This document shows positions 7,981-18,182 of a stretch of DNA of 64,000 nt, one piece after another (positions within the stretch are counted from its first letter, which is position 1; each line of letters starts with the position of its first letter). The notes below the pieces were generated by a model. It was given only the letters and a program-made list of their open reading frames with translations, ran no database searches and had not been told where the DNA came from. The translations under genes and the position numbers were made by a program. The stretch is taken from contig JBBTUB010000015.1 in assembly GCA_038064015.1 (NCBI GenBank), forward strand, positions 7,093 through 71,092, given 5' to 3'. The stretch is from Patescibacteria group bacterium (GTDB lineage Bacteria; Patescibacteriota; Minisyncoccia; 2-02-FULL-40-12; IGHO2-01-FULL-4-A).

Positions 7981-9807
7981 GTGCAAGCACAAGATATCTT
8001 ACAGGGCTTAAACCCCAAACAACAAGAAGCGGTAACGGCCATCGAGGGGCCGGTTTTAATCTTGGCTGGTGCGGGCTCGGGTAAAACGCGCGCGCTTACC
8101 CATCGCATGGCGTACTTGATCGCCTCCGGCGTCAGACCCGAAAATATCTTGGCAGTGACGTTTACCAATAAGGCCGCCGGGGAGATGAAAGAGCGCGTGG
8201 CAAAGCTCTGCGGCCACTCATCATTGCCGCTGGTCGGCACGTTTCATTCAGTTTGCTTGCGCATGCTCCGGCAAGATATCGAAAAACTTGGCTATAGCCG
8301 AAACTTTGTCATCTATGACAGTGACGATCAGCAATCGTTGATCAAAACCACGATGCTGGATGCGGGACTCGATATTAAGAAATGGAGCCCTAAAAGCATG
8401 CTGGGTGCCATCTCTGACCTCAAGAGCGAGCTCATCGGCCCTGAAGAATTCGAGCGCAAAGCCAACGGCTTTAAAGAAACTACGGTCGCCAGCGTCTATG
8501 GCGCGTACCAGGCCGCGCTCACCTATGCCAATGCGCTGGACTTTGATGATCTCATCATGACAACCGTCCGGCTTTTGCGAGAGCATCCCGACACGCTTGA
8601 TAAATACCAGGAACTTTTCAAATACCTCATGATCGATGAGTACCAGGACACCAATCACGCTCAGTATGCGTGGGCGAACTTGCTTGCCAAAAAATACCGC
8701 AACATCGCGGTCGTGGGGGATGATGCCCAGTCAATCTACGGGTGGCGCAAAGCCGATATCCGCAACATTCTTGATTTTGAAAAAGACTATCCTGACGCGA
8801 AGATCATCCTCCTTGAGCAAAACTACCGCTCCACGCAGACCATCCTGCACGCCGCCAATAGCATCATCGGCAACAACAAGAATCAGAAACAAAAAAACTT
8901 GTGGACCGAGAATCATGGCGGCAATCACATTACGATCAAAGAAGCTCATGATGTTGCTGAAGAGGGGGAATATGTCATCAGTAACCTCAAGCCCGGAGCC
9001 ACGATCTTGTATCGCACCCACGCACAATCCCGAGCCATTGAAGAGGCTCTGGTCCGCCACGGGATCGCGTACCACATTCTTGGCGGCACCAAATTCTACG
9101 AGCGACGCGAGATCAAAGACATCCTAGCATACCTGCGCCTCATGATAAACCCGGATGATACGGTAAGTTTTCGGCGTGTGTGTAATACACCGCCCCGTGG
9201 ATTGGGGCCGGTGGCAATCAAAAAGAAAACTGAGCCGTATCAAAAATTCGTCGCATTCTTGGAAGAACTGCGCGCAGAAATAAAAAAACCGCTCGCGGAA
9301 TTCGTCCGGCATGTCATTGCCAAAACAAAGTACGAAGCATATATCCGAGACCGCACCACCGAGGGTGAAGAGCGATGGGAAAATGTGAAAGAACTACTGA
9401 CCGCGGCCGCCGGAAAGGATCTCGAAGCATTCCTCGAAGAAGTCGCTTTGATTCAAGAAACCGACAAATTAAAGGGCGATCACGCCACGGTCAACCTCAT
9501 GACCCTGCATTCCGCCAAAGGCCTGGAGTTCCCGCTGGTTTTTATCATCGGTATGGAAGATGGGGTATTCCCGCACTCGCGAAGCCTTTTCGACCCTATC
9601 CAGCTCGAGGAAGAGCGGCGGCTGTGCTATGTCGGAGTTACCAGGGCACGGGAAGATCTCCATCTGATCTTTTGCCGCCAGCGGGCGCTGTATGGGAGCA
9701 CCCAGATCAACCCACCATCGCGATTTATCTTTGAAATCCCGGAAAGCCTCGTCAAATTCATTCCCGCCGAAGGAAGCGGAGGCCAAGACTATGTCATACG
9801 TTACTAA
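7981..9807 (+). CDS. ATP-dependent DNA helicase, UvrD/PcrA/Rep family (superfamily 1)
   Basis: GTG start. Walker A AGAGSGKTRALTHR. Motifs DEYQDTN, VVGDDAQSIYGWRKAD, LEQNYRST, TLHSAKGLEF, YVGVTRA. 608 aa is short for the family. Confidence 0.85.
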   Translation: MQAQDILQGLNPKQQEAVTAIEGPVLILAGAGSGKTRALTHRMAYLIASGVRPENILAVTFTNKAAGEMKERVAKLCGHSSLPLVGTFHSVCLRMLRQDIEKLGYSRNFVIYDSDDQQSLIKTTMLDAGLDIKKWSPKSMLGAISDLKSELIGPEEFERKANGFKETTVASVYGAYQAALTYANALDFDDLIMTTVRLLREHPDTLDKYQELFKYLMIDEYQDTNHAQYAWANLLAKKYRNIAVVGDDAQSIYGWRKADIRNILDFEKDYPDAKIILLEQNYRSTQTILHAANSIIGNNKNQKQKNLWTENHGGNHITIKEAHDVAEEGEYVISNLKPGATILYRTHAQSRAIEEALVRHGIAYHILGGTKFYERREIKDILAYLRLMINPDDTVSFRRVCNTPPRGLGPVAIKKKTEPYQKFVAFLEELRAEIKKPLAEFVRHVIAKTKYEAYIRDRTTEGEERWENVKELLTAAAGKDLEAFLEEVALIQETDKLKGDHATVNLMTLHSAKGLEFPLVFIIGMEDGVFPHSRSLFDPIQLEEERRLCYVGVTRAREDLHLIFCRQRALYGSTQINPPSRFIFEIPESLVKFIPAEGSGGQDYVIRY

Positions 9808-10546
9808 ACCTAAAAAATCTCTCGGCCAGCATTTTCTGGCCGACGCCAATATTCTAGAAAGCATCGCTCAAGCCGCAGAGATACAGCCCGGTGAGACCGT
9901 CATAGAAGTCGGGCCGGGAACGGGAACGCTTACCGATACGCTTCTGGCGGCGGGTGCGCATGTGATTGCCATTGAAAAAGACGCTGTATTAGCCGCTGAA
10001 CTCAAAGAAAAATATAAAAATAATAAAAACATAGAGATTATTCATGATGACATCTTGACTTGGAACATTGAAAATTCAATGAAAATTGAAAATTTAAAAT
10101 TTAAAATTGTCGGAAATATACCGTATTACTTAACAAGTCATTTAATCAGAACCGTCCTGCAAGAATGGCCACAACCAAAGCTCATCGTTTTCATGGTGCA
10201 AAAAGAAGTTGCGAAGCGCGCGACCGCAAAACCTCCCGAGATGAACATGCTTGCAGTTTTGATCCAATTTTATACTACTCCAACTATCATAAAGATTGTA
10301 AAAGCCGGCAGTTTTCATCCCAGGCCCAGGGTTGACTCGGCTATTATTCGGCTGGTGCCGAGGCATGAAGCGTGGAATAGGAAGCATGAAGCATTTTTCA
10401 AGATAGCCGGAGATGGTTTCAAACATCCCCGTAAAAAACTGTCCAGCAATCTCTCTCGCGAGCTTTTAGAAGCCGCGGGAATTGATCCAAATCGCCGCGC
10501 GGAAACACTCACCCTTGACGAGTGGAAAACTCTCGCAAAAATCTAG
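9791..10546 (+). CDS. rsmA: 16S rRNA (adenine1518/1519-N6)-dimethyltransferase RsmA/KsgA
   Basis: MSYVTKPKKSLGQHFL...VIEVGPGTGTLT...GNIPYYLTS. ATG at 9791 overlaps the helicase 3' end. Contains an AT-rich low-complexity insertion (NIENSMKIENLKFK). Confidence 0.85.
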   Translation: MSYVTKPKKSLGQHFLADANILESIAQAAEIQPGETVIEVGPGTGTLTDTLLAAGAHVIAIEKDAVLAAELKEKYKNNKNIEIIHDDILTWNIENSMKIENLKFKIVGNIPYYLTSHLIRTVLQEWPQPKLIVFMVQKEVAKRATAKPPEMNMLAVLIQFYTTPTIIKIVKAGSFHPRPRVDSAIIRLVPRHEAWNRKHEAFFKIAGDGFKHPRKKLSSNLSRELLEAAGIDPNRRAETLTLDEWKTLAKI

Positions 10547-10569
10547 CAATCATATGCTATACTTAGCGC

Positions 10570-11502
10570 ATGTCGCTGAAGCTTAAATTGCTGCTTTTTG
10601 CTGTAGTGCTTGGCGCACTCGGGCTTTCGTATCGTGCGATCTCCAAGGTCAGTCTTGGTCTTCCCGGAAGCCGTAATCTTGCCGCGAACGTCGTGCTCCC
10701 ACTGGATGCTCCTGATGCTGATCACGACGGCATCCCCGATGACGAGGAGGCACAGCATGACACCGATCCCTTCAAGGCCGATAGTGATGAGGATGGATAT
10801 CTTGACGGGGAAGAAGTGCTCTCCGGTTTTAGTCCGACGGAAAAAGACACGAAGAAAGAACAAGAAGAGAAGAAAAAAAAGGGGAACCTCACTCTGACCT
10901 ACCTCGAAAATATTATCGGCGGTGCGCTGGCAGGAGACTTGGATCCCAACAATCTCGAAACCTATACTGATAACTTGAATCTTACCGCGCTGGGGCTCCT
11001 TGATCGACTGCCTGATAAACTAACTCCTCCACCAACACGTCGCACGCTCACGGTCTTGGACAGCGATGATGCCGAAGAGCAAGAATACTTAGCGAACGCG
11101 GCTAAGTTTGTCAATTTTATTCCACCGCTCAATTTGTCATTTGAACGCATGGTCGCAAACACAAAGGACACTGGAGGATCGCAGGCGATCCAAATGTGGA
11201 AAATGCTGAGCACAATGTTTGACACGGCGGGAAGCAGGATTAATGCCCTGCCCGTCCCACAGGAATTCGTTGCTTGGCATGAAGAAGCGATAACGACGCT
11301 CGGGCGCGGCTCACGGCTCTACGATGCGCTTGGAAAGCTCAAAGAAGATCCACTCCTGGCCATGGCTTCACTTGATACGGTCCCGGATTTTATGGAACGC
11401 ATGATGAAGCTGTCCGATGACCTTAATGCCCTCATGATTGCCAAAAATCATTCTCTACGTGTCCACCCTCCAATAATTTTAAATGTCCCAAAGAAAAAAT
11501 AA
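10570..11502 (+). CDS. hypothetical secreted protein with acidic Ca-binding-like motifs (DADHDGIPDDEE / DSDEDGYLDGEE) and Lys/Glu-rich linker
   Basis: N-terminal signal/TM MSLKLKLLLFAVVLGALGLS. Thrombospondin-type-3-like DxDxDGxxDxxE motifs. First gene of the T4SS-like cluster. Confidence 0.45.
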   Translation: MSLKLKLLLFAVVLGALGLSYRAISKVSLGLPGSRNLAANVVLPLDAPDADHDGIPDDEEAQHDTDPFKADSDEDGYLDGEEVLSGFSPTEKDTKKEQEEKKKKGNLTLTYLENIIGGALAGDLDPNNLETYTDNLNLTALGLLDRLPDKLTPPPTRRTLTVLDSDDAEEQEYLANAAKFVNFIPPLNLSFERMVANTKDTGGSQAIQMWKMLSTMFDTAGSRINALPVPQEFVAWHEEAITTLGRGSRLYDALGKLKEDPLLAMASLDTVPDFMERMMKLSDDLNALMIAKNHSLRVHPPIILNVPKKK

Positions 11503-12604
11503 AATTATCATCCCTGCAATGATTGCCGCGATGCTCATCGGGCATGTAGCTGCAACCCATATCCCTACAGCAAAAGCAGTTTTTGGTATTGGGGATATCG
11601 TACTGGATACCAAGGCCTGGTTCGAAACCATCGATCAGAAGCTTGGGGCAAATGCCGCGAAGATTGCCTCGAAAGAAGTTGCCCGCATGCTCCGCACCCT
11701 CATCATCCACGCGATGGACGGCGGGCCGACATTTGTAACGAACTGGCGCAATCACTCGCGCAAGAGCCTGGATGGCGGAGGAACGATCGCTCGCAATCTG
11801 ATCGGAGAAGCGGCGTTTGGCGTCGATGGAGATCCGACGAGCGCCACCCTGTGCAATTTTTTCCGAGATTCAATCGGCAGTAAATTTAACGCGAAACCGG
11901 TTGATAAAGCTTTTGCGGATATCTCACGGGCATATCGCCTTGACGATGCGGGCACGTATAAACTTTTGACCAAGTGCACCTTGCCAACGACAATTTCAAT
12001 TGGCGGAGTACAGAAACCATTTGAGATTAAGAATTTTCAAGACTCTTTTGAGGGAGGATGGCCAGTCTTTGAAAAACTCCTTGAGCCCAACAATAACTAC
12101 TTTGGGGTATTGTCTATCACGGCCGCGGAGATCGGTAAGCAGCGCGAAGCACAAAAGCAATCGGCGCTCAATGAAGCCATTTCAGGTGGGGGATTTCTCT
12201 CGACCATTACCAAGAGTGGGCAAATCAAGAGTCCTGGAAAGCTCATTGGCGATACGGTAAGTAAACAGGTTGGGAGTATTTTCGATTGTCTCAATACCGT
12301 CATTTCATTTTCTTCCCTTGGGGTATGCATCACGGATTTCTCGATAATTGCCAACCAGGTGACTAATTTTCGCAACATCGCCGAATCCGCCGGGCTTCTG
12401 GATGATGAAAAAAGCGACGATGGAGACGCTGGCGATCCCGTGCCAACACCTGAAGTCGGGCCACCGGTCTGTGATAAAGCGTGTGGGGACGCTGCAGAAG
12501 CCACCTGCAACATGGATCCAAGCGTCAATAGCTCTATTCTCTACGAAGTATGCTTTAACCAAACATTTGATGAATGCAAGATAGAAATGTGCCAAGCGCA
12601 GTAA
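11483..12604 (+). CDS. hypothetical secreted protein, Cys-rich C-terminus
   Basis: 373 aa. N-terminal hydrophobic segment IIIPAMIAAMLIGHVAA. C-terminal CDKACGDAAEATCNMD...CFNQTFDECKIEMC. In T4SS-like cluster; may be a VirB5/VirB8-like accessory component, but there is no motif support. Confidence 0.4.
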   Translation: MSQRKNKIIIPAMIAAMLIGHVAATHIPTAKAVFGIGDIVLDTKAWFETIDQKLGANAAKIASKEVARMLRTLIIHAMDGGPTFVTNWRNHSRKSLDGGGTIARNLIGEAAFGVDGDPTSATLCNFFRDSIGSKFNAKPVDKAFADISRAYRLDDAGTYKLLTKCTLPTTISIGGVQKPFEIKNFQDSFEGGWPVFEKLLEPNNNYFGVLSITAAEIGKQREAQKQSALNEAISGGGFLSTITKSGQIKSPGKLIGDTVSKQVGSIFDCLNTVISFSSLGVCITDFSIIANQVTNFRNIAESAGLLDDEKSDDGDAGDPVPTPEVGPPVCDKACGDAAEATCNMDPSVNSSILYEVCFNQTFDECKIEMCQAQ

Positions 12605-12609
12605 TACTC

Positions 12610-15036
12610 ATGAGATCTAAGAGAATAAAAACAGCCATCGTTGCGCTACTCTTGCTCGCGATGCTCATCACACCGTTGGCGAGTGCGCAGGCGGGATCTT
12701 GGACTGATTATGTGACAGGAATATTAAAAGACGCTGCATGTGCAACGCCACTGGCAATTCTCAATCTAGAGGGGTGCGTTCTTCCGCCTCTTCTCAGCAT
12801 CGTAGGAACTATGGTTTCATGGTCAGCTGCTTTGCTGAATTGGCTTTTGGGGGCAAGCCAAGCTTTAGCGGCTCCCGATATCATCAGGTCATCGTGGGTA
12901 ATTTTTAGAGATTTCGTGAATATGTTTTTTATCCTCGCACTGATTATCATGGCATTTGGCACAATCTTCAATGTTAAAAACTATACGTTTAAAGAATTGT
13001 TTCCTCGATTTCTTTTCTCCGCACTGCTCATCAACTTTAGCTTAGAGATTGGCGTGTACGTACTGCGGGTTGCGAACGGTCTGGCTAGCGTATTTCTTGC
13101 CACCATCGGCGATGTCGGTGCCCGCCTTGCTGATGGACTCTTAATAACCAAAATAGCTTCACCGGAAGGCTTATCGGGAACTGCTGCGGCGGCACTAAAA
13201 GGAGTAGCTAGTGGGCCCGGGACTGCGATCACCATGCTTGCGTTCCTCGTATTCCTTATCATCATTTTGGGAACATTTTTGGCAGCGTCGATATTTATTC
13301 TTGCCCGCATTGTGGTCATTTGGTTTCTGCTTATCGTATCGCCGGTTGCGTGGTTTGGGTACACCTTACCGAGCCTACGGGCTGAGACGTGGAGTAAATG
13401 GTGGAAGGCATTTATCAGCTGGTCGTTTTTCCTCCCGACGTACTTATTTTTCATCATGTTCGCCTCTATTTTGTTGAGTGCGAAGAAGACTGTTGGCCTT
13501 ACCGTTGGAGGATATGATAATACTCTTGCAGCCGGGGACTATGCTAAGGCATTCTTCGAGGTTATCGGCCTCACCGATCTCCTCTTTTTTATTCTAGTCA
13601 TTATCGTACTCTTAGGAGGTATCGCAGCGTCTTTTAAAATCGGAGGGCTTGCCGCCAATGGCGCGGGGGCGGTCATGAGCTTTGCGCATGGGAGAGTGAA
13701 AGCGCTCCCAATTTTCCCCACAAAAGGAGCGGGTGGAAAGTGGGTAGGGAGAAGTATCGGCGATTGGGAGGGGGGCGCCAAGCAGCTTGGTTCTAGAATC
13801 CTGAAGTCCGGAATACCGCCAATCCTACCGGGAGTTGGAAAAATTCCCGGTATTCTTCGAGCGTTATGGACCGGGCAAGAGGGGCAAGAAGTGGCGGAGA
13901 AGGCAGTTGGCCAGAGCCTTCAGAGCACGCTTGGGTATGGCAACCTTGCTGAAGGAATGAAAGCTGAAAAAGCCGCGATTGATCATGCGCGTGAGATGCT
14001 TAAGCATGACCCGAAATTCACAGAAAAACTTCGGGACGCAAAATTAAAAGCAGACCTAGGAGAGGGAACTGATCTCATTGATGGGTTCAATAGAATGAAC
14101 TTTGAAACGATTGCCGAGTATCAGGAGCTTGCTGCAAAAGGCATGCTTTCTCCACAAGCATTGCGTGCCTTTGGCACAAAAATCGGTGATCGTAACTCAG
14201 ATGCCATGAAAGACGTGGGAGAGGCTCTTGCAAAATCAAGTTTCGGCGGATGGAAAGAAGAAGATATTTCTGAATTCTTAAAAGCGAAAGAAGATGGGCC
14301 TTACGACATCAAAGGCATGAAGGGCGCTAGAAAGAAAGGCCATGAATGGCTCATTTCTGACGATGGAAAACGAAGAATGCTTGGGCATGAATCTATAACC
14401 CTTGACGTGGTGAATCAAATGGCGAAGGATTATGGACCAGACTCAAACGAGATGCGTGGAGCTCTTCGCGAAATAGCCACAAAGCGAGCTGATCTTGCCG
14501 GAGAGTACAAAGCAATAGCGAAAGCAAAGGCCGAAGGAAGGGAATCCGCCACGGATGCTGAAGTCACAACTGCTACTCAGGAAGTTATTGAAGACAAAAC
14601 AGAACACGAATTAATGAGTATGAGTAAGATCGCTTTTGGGCAGGAGAGATTCATGCAAGCGGTATTAGGAAAACTTGAAAGCCTGCAATCAAAAGTCCCC
14701 ATGGGAGAATACGAAGATAAGTTCGATGCAGGTGCTATGGCAAAATACGTCCAAGGCATGCGGTCAGCGGGCGCGAGCGTCACAGATTTTCAAGAAAAAA
14801 TGCAGGATTTGACCAACGCACTCGGAAAAAATCGTGACGAACTTACGGTAAAAATACGTAACGCAGAAGGTAGAATTGAAGAAAGATCGATACATAACTA
14901 TAAGGAGGCCCTCGATATGGCCGCAAGCGAGAAGAAAGAGTGGGACATCAGGCGTCAAATTGCGGCTGATGAAAGACGTGATGATGCAAAGTTTGCCCGA
15001 GGGACTCGAGGACGCGGACCTAGAAGAACCACATGA
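12610..15036 (+). CDS. TrbL/VirB6-like polytopic inner-membrane protein with long hydrophilic coiled-coil C-terminal extension
   Basis: ATG at 12610, in frame with the 12574 ORF. Signal peptide, then at least 6 TM helices (aa ~60-360), then a ~440-aa Lys/Glu/Ala-rich tail. Architecture typical of TrbL/VirB6 family. Confidence 0.5.
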   Translation: MRSKRIKTAIVALLLLAMLITPLASAQAGSWTDYVTGILKDAACATPLAILNLEGCVLPPLLSIVGTMVSWSAALLNWLLGASQALAAPDIIRSSWVIFRDFVNMFFILALIIMAFGTIFNVKNYTFKELFPRFLFSALLINFSLEIGVYVLRVANGLASVFLATIGDVGARLADGLLITKIASPEGLSGTAAAALKGVASGPGTAITMLAFLVFLIIILGTFLAASIFILARIVVIWFLLIVSPVAWFGYTLPSLRAETWSKWWKAFISWSFFLPTYLFFIMFASILLSAKKTVGLTVGGYDNTLAAGDYAKAFFEVIGLTDLLFFILVIIVLLGGIAASFKIGGLAANGAGAVMSFAHGRVKALPIFPTKGAGGKWVGRSIGDWEGGAKQLGSRILKSGIPPILPGVGKIPGILRALWTGQEGQEVAEKAVGQSLQSTLGYGNLAEGMKAEKAAIDHAREMLKHDPKFTEKLRDAKLKADLGEGTDLIDGFNRMNFETIAEYQELAAKGMLSPQALRAFGTKIGDRNSDAMKDVGEALAKSSFGGWKEEDISEFLKAKEDGPYDIKGMKGARKKGHEWLISDDGKRRMLGHESITLDVVNQMAKDYGPDSNEMRGALREIATKRADLAGEYKAIAKAKAEGRESATDAEVTTATQEVIEDKTEHELMSMSKIAFGQERFMQAVLGKLESLQSKVPMGEYEDKFDAGAMAKYVQGMRSAGASVTDFQEKMQDLTNALGKNRDELTVKIRNAEGRIEERSIHNYKEALDMAASEKKEWDIRRQIAADERRDDAKFARGTRGRGPRRTT

Positions 15037-15500
15037 CATCCTACACCATCTACATCCCCGGAGAAGTTGATCTCCAAGAGATACTCCAAAGCCCATTGAT
15101 CTGGAAAGAATTTCAGCAACGCTGGGCGGTCGGCTCCCCGCGGCTCTCGGATTTGCTTTTCGGAGTCGACACAATGAACAAGATGATCGATATCAGCGTA
15201 GATTTCGAGCTGACCGATGAGCAGACCGCCAATGTATCTCGCGCGGTACGTGATATTGCGCTAGGCTATGTGTATATTGGCGATTTGGCCGCGGTGTTGC
15301 AAAAGCAACTTGGCATTGAGCAAAAGATTGCTTCGGAAATTGGTGGGAGCGCGTTGGAAATCCTCCGTCCCTGCATGGATGAAATCAAGAAAATCCAGCT
15401 CGCACGCTTTCGAAATCGTATCGAGCAAGCGGCGACAAAGCCGATAGATCAGCCGAAGCAGGAAAACACAAGCAATATTATTAACTTACGAAAACCATGA
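15033..15500 (+). CDS. hypothetical cytoplasmic protein (T4SS-like cluster)
   Basis: 155-aa ORF translationally coupled (ATGA overlap) to the VirB6-like gene. No recognisable motifs. Confidence 0.4.
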   Translation: MTSYTIYIPGEVDLQEILQSPLIWKEFQQRWAVGSPRLSDLLFGVDTMNKMIDISVDFELTDEQTANVSRAVRDIALGYVYIGDLAAVLQKQLGIEQKIASEIGGSALEILRPCMDEIKKIQLARFRNRIEQAATKPIDQPKQENTSNIINLRKP

Positions 15501-15805
15501 GATTCCACGTCCCACAATTCATCGAAAAAGAAAACAAAATCATCGGGCCGTTGACACTCCGGCAATTCCTTTGGCTATTGATTGGCGGAGGGCTGTTCTT
15601 GATCGTAAAGATTTTTCTTTCGGGAATGCCTTTGATAATAGCCCTGGTGGTGATCGCCGCACTTTCCCTGGCCATGGCATATGCTAGAATCAATGATGTA
15701 TCCCTGCCGCGCTACACGCTGATGGCATTTAACTTTCTGATCATGGGAAAGCGCTATACCTACACGAAAGAAGAAAACGAAAATATTACATGGCAAAAAA
15801 AATAG
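15497..15805 (+). CDS. VirB3/PrgI-like small two-TM membrane protein
   Basis: 102 aa with two hydrophobic helices (LWLLIGGGLFLIVKIFL / LIIALVVIAALSLAMAY). Lies immediately upstream of and overlapping the VirB4 gene, as in Gram-positive-type T4SS (PrgI/TcpE position). Confidence 0.4.
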   Translation: MRFHVPQFIEKENKIIGPLTLRQFLWLLIGGGLFLIVKIFLSGMPLIIALVVIAALSLAMAYARINDVSLPRYTLMAFNFLIMGKRYTYTKEENENITWQKK

Positions 15806-16425
15806 GCTCTAACACCAAGCAATTTGTAGACATCGCCGATGTGCGAGGCTCATTAGTCCTGCTCAAAGACGGCTCACTTCGCTCAATTATTTCCGTCGAG
15901 TCGGTGAACTTTGATCTCAAGTCTCCTGACGAGCAGACCGCGATCCTGCAGGGATTCCAGAGCTTGGTCAACGCGCTCGATTTCCCGCTCCAGATCGTGG
16001 TCACGTCACGCACGCTCGATCTCAGTAATTATTTAGAGCTCCTGGAAGTTACCCAAACAAAACTTACCAACGAGTTGCTCAAAACCCAACTCACCGAATA
16101 CGCAAAGTTCATCCAAGACCTCACGAAGCTTGCCAATGTCATGGAAAAGAAATTCTATGTCGTCGTACCATATCATGCCATCGAGGCGGTTAAGAATAAC
16201 ACCGGTTTTTTGGGAAAATTAAAAGACCTCTTCTCCGCCACTCGCCATGCTGCGGCGCTCACGGAAGAAAACGAGAAACAATATGGCAAGCAGGTTGAGC
16301 AGCGGGTTGCTGTCGTGTTGTCGGGGCTTTCGCCGCTTGGCGTGAAAACAAAGCTTCTCGAACACGACGAGCTCTTGCAAATCTTCCAGCGCCTCTATAA
16401 CCCGGGACAAGTTCTCCCCACATAA
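15790..16425 (+). CDS. VirB4-family T4SS ATPase, N-terminal domain fragment (split gene)
   Basis: IADVRGSLVLLKDGSLRSIISVESVNFDLKSPDEQTAILQGFQSLVNAL resembles the N-terminal region of Gram-positive VirB4/TcpF/PrgJ-like proteins. Ends TAA at 16423-16425, 5 nt before the ATPase ORF, which is in another frame. Confidence 0.55.
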   Translation: MAKKIGSNTKQFVDIADVRGSLVLLKDGSLRSIISVESVNFDLKSPDEQTAILQGFQSLVNALDFPLQIVVTSRTLDLSNYLELLEVTQTKLTNELLKTQLTEYAKFIQDLTKLANVMEKKFYVVVPYHAIEAVKNNTGFLGKLKDLFSATRHAAALTEENEKQYGKQVEQRVAVVLSGLSPLGVKTKLLEHDELLQIFQRLYNPGQVLPT

Positions 16426-16430
16426 ACCCA

Positions 16431-18179
16431 ATGGATACCACTCCCCAAGAAAAAACAGTTGATGAAATCCTTGCTCCCTCGGCGGTCTCGCTGGGAGCAA
16501 ACGACATGCAAATCGGCGAAAAGTACGTACGGACGATTTTTGTCGCCACCTATCCACGCTATCTCAATACCGGATGGTTTGCGCCCATTATCAACTTAGA
16601 CAAGGAATTTGACGTTGCTTTTTTCATCCACCCGGAAAATTCCGCCGAGGTACTTAAAAAACTTCGCGACCAGCTTGGCCGTCTTGAAGCGGAAGCTATG
16701 GAAGAACAAGCCGCGGGAAAAGTGCGCAACCCGGCACTCCAGACCGGGATTAACGACATTGAGGAACTGCGGGATGCGCTCCAGCAGGGAACGGAGAAAT
16801 TTTATCAGGTCGGCTTGTATATCACGCTGTACGGCAAGACGCAGCAAGACCTGAATGAGCTTGAAAGCTCAATCCGTGGGACCCTCGAAGCCCAGCTTAT
16901 TTACACGAAGCCGGCAACATTCCGCATGAAGGAAGGCTTTGTCTCAACCTTGCCGTTGGGATTGGACAAACTGAACATCCAAACGTCTCTTAATACCGAG
17001 CCGCTTTCTTCGATGTTTCCGTTTGTTTCGTATGATTTATCGCTGGATCGGGGCATTTTGTACGGGATCAACTTGCACAACAATTCTCTCGTGCTGTTTG
17101 ACCGCTTTTCGCTTGAGAATGCCAACACGATCATCCTCGGCAAATCAGGAGGAGGGAAAAGCTACACGATAAAACTTGAGATCCTACGAAGCCTGATGTT
17201 TGGCACCCAGGTGTTCGTGATCGACCCGGAGAACGAATACAAATACCTCTCGGACATGGTGGGGGGGACTTCCGTGCGCATCTCAATCTCCTCTGAAGAT
17301 CACCTCAACCCCTTTGATCTCCCCAAGCCTCGCGCCGATGAGACGCCGGCCGATGTGCTGCGCTCGCACATCGTTGACTTGGGAGGATTCTTTAAGCTTC
17401 TCATGGGAACTATCACTCCTCAAGAAGATGGGATTCTCGACGAGGCGATCCGGCAAACGTATGCTTCACGCGACATCACCGCTACTTCTGATTTCTCGAA
17501 AATCGAACCTCCGCTGATGTCGGATTTCCAAAGCGTCCTCTCCGGCATGGAGGGAACCGAGTCACTGTTGCTGCGAATCAAAAAATATACCGAGGGAAGT
17601 TTTTCGGGCTTTCTGAATAACCCCACCAATGTACGCCTCGATAACCAATTAATAGTCTTTTCCATCCGGGATATGGAAGATGAGCTGAAGCCGGTCGCCA
17701 TGTATCTGGTGCTGAATTTTATCTGGAGCCAGGTTCGCTCGGAAATACGCCAGCGGTTGCTGATCGTTGACGAAGCGTGGCTCATCATGCGCTACGAGGC
17801 GGGAGGACTTTTTCTTTTCAATATTGCCAAACGCGCGCGGAAATACTACCTTGGGCTTACGGCGGTCTCCCAGGACATCCCGGACTTTATGAGTTCGCAA
17901 TACGGCAAGCCGATTATTACCAACTCATCGCTCCAGATCCTCCTGAAACAGTCACCGACAACGATTGATCTGGTAAAAGACACGTTCCACCTCACGGATG
18001 CTGAGAAATTCTTCTTGCTGGAGGCGCAGGTGGGACATGGGCTTTTCTTCGCTGGAAACAGCCATGTGGCAATTCGGATCATTTCCTCCTATGCTGAAGA
18101 TCAGATCATTACGTCCGACCCGCGCCAAATCCTCGATATCGAGGCGGCAAAGCGCGAGCTGGCGGAACAAGCTTCATAA
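16431..18179 (+). CDS. VirB4-family T4SS ATPase, C-terminal ATPase domain (split gene)
   Basis: Walker A IILGKSGGGKS, Walker B LLIVDEAW, arginine finger region, VFVIDPENEY. YVRTIFVATYPRYLNTGWF motif typical of VirB4. Confidence 0.8.
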   Translation: MDTTPQEKTVDEILAPSAVSLGANDMQIGEKYVRTIFVATYPRYLNTGWFAPIINLDKEFDVAFFIHPENSAEVLKKLRDQLGRLEAEAMEEQAAGKVRNPALQTGINDIEELRDALQQGTEKFYQVGLYITLYGKTQQDLNELESSIRGTLEAQLIYTKPATFRMKEGFVSTLPLGLDKLNIQTSLNTEPLSSMFPFVSYDLSLDRGILYGINLHNNSLVLFDRFSLENANTIILGKSGGGKSYTIKLEILRSLMFGTQVFVIDPENEYKYLSDMVGGTSVRISISSEDHLNPFDLPKPRADETPADVLRSHIVDLGGFFKLLMGTITPQEDGILDEAIRQTYASRDITATSDFSKIEPPLMSDFQSVLSGMEGTESLLLRIKKYTEGSFSGFLNNPTNVRLDNQLIVFSIRDMEDELKPVAMYLVLNFIWSQVRSEIRQRLLIVDEAWLIMRYEAGGLFLFNIAKRARKYYLGLTAVSQDIPDFMSSQYGKPIITNSSLQILLKQSPTTIDLVKDTFHLTDAEKFFLLEAQVGHGLFFAGNSHVAIRIISSYAEDQIITSDPRQILDIEAAKRELAEQAS

Positions 18180-18182
18180 TCC

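Noticed and set aside
8248-8658. 136-aa antisense ORF inside the UvrD helicase gene
   Set aside because: It lies fully inside a high-confidence CDS on the opposite strand with no motifs.
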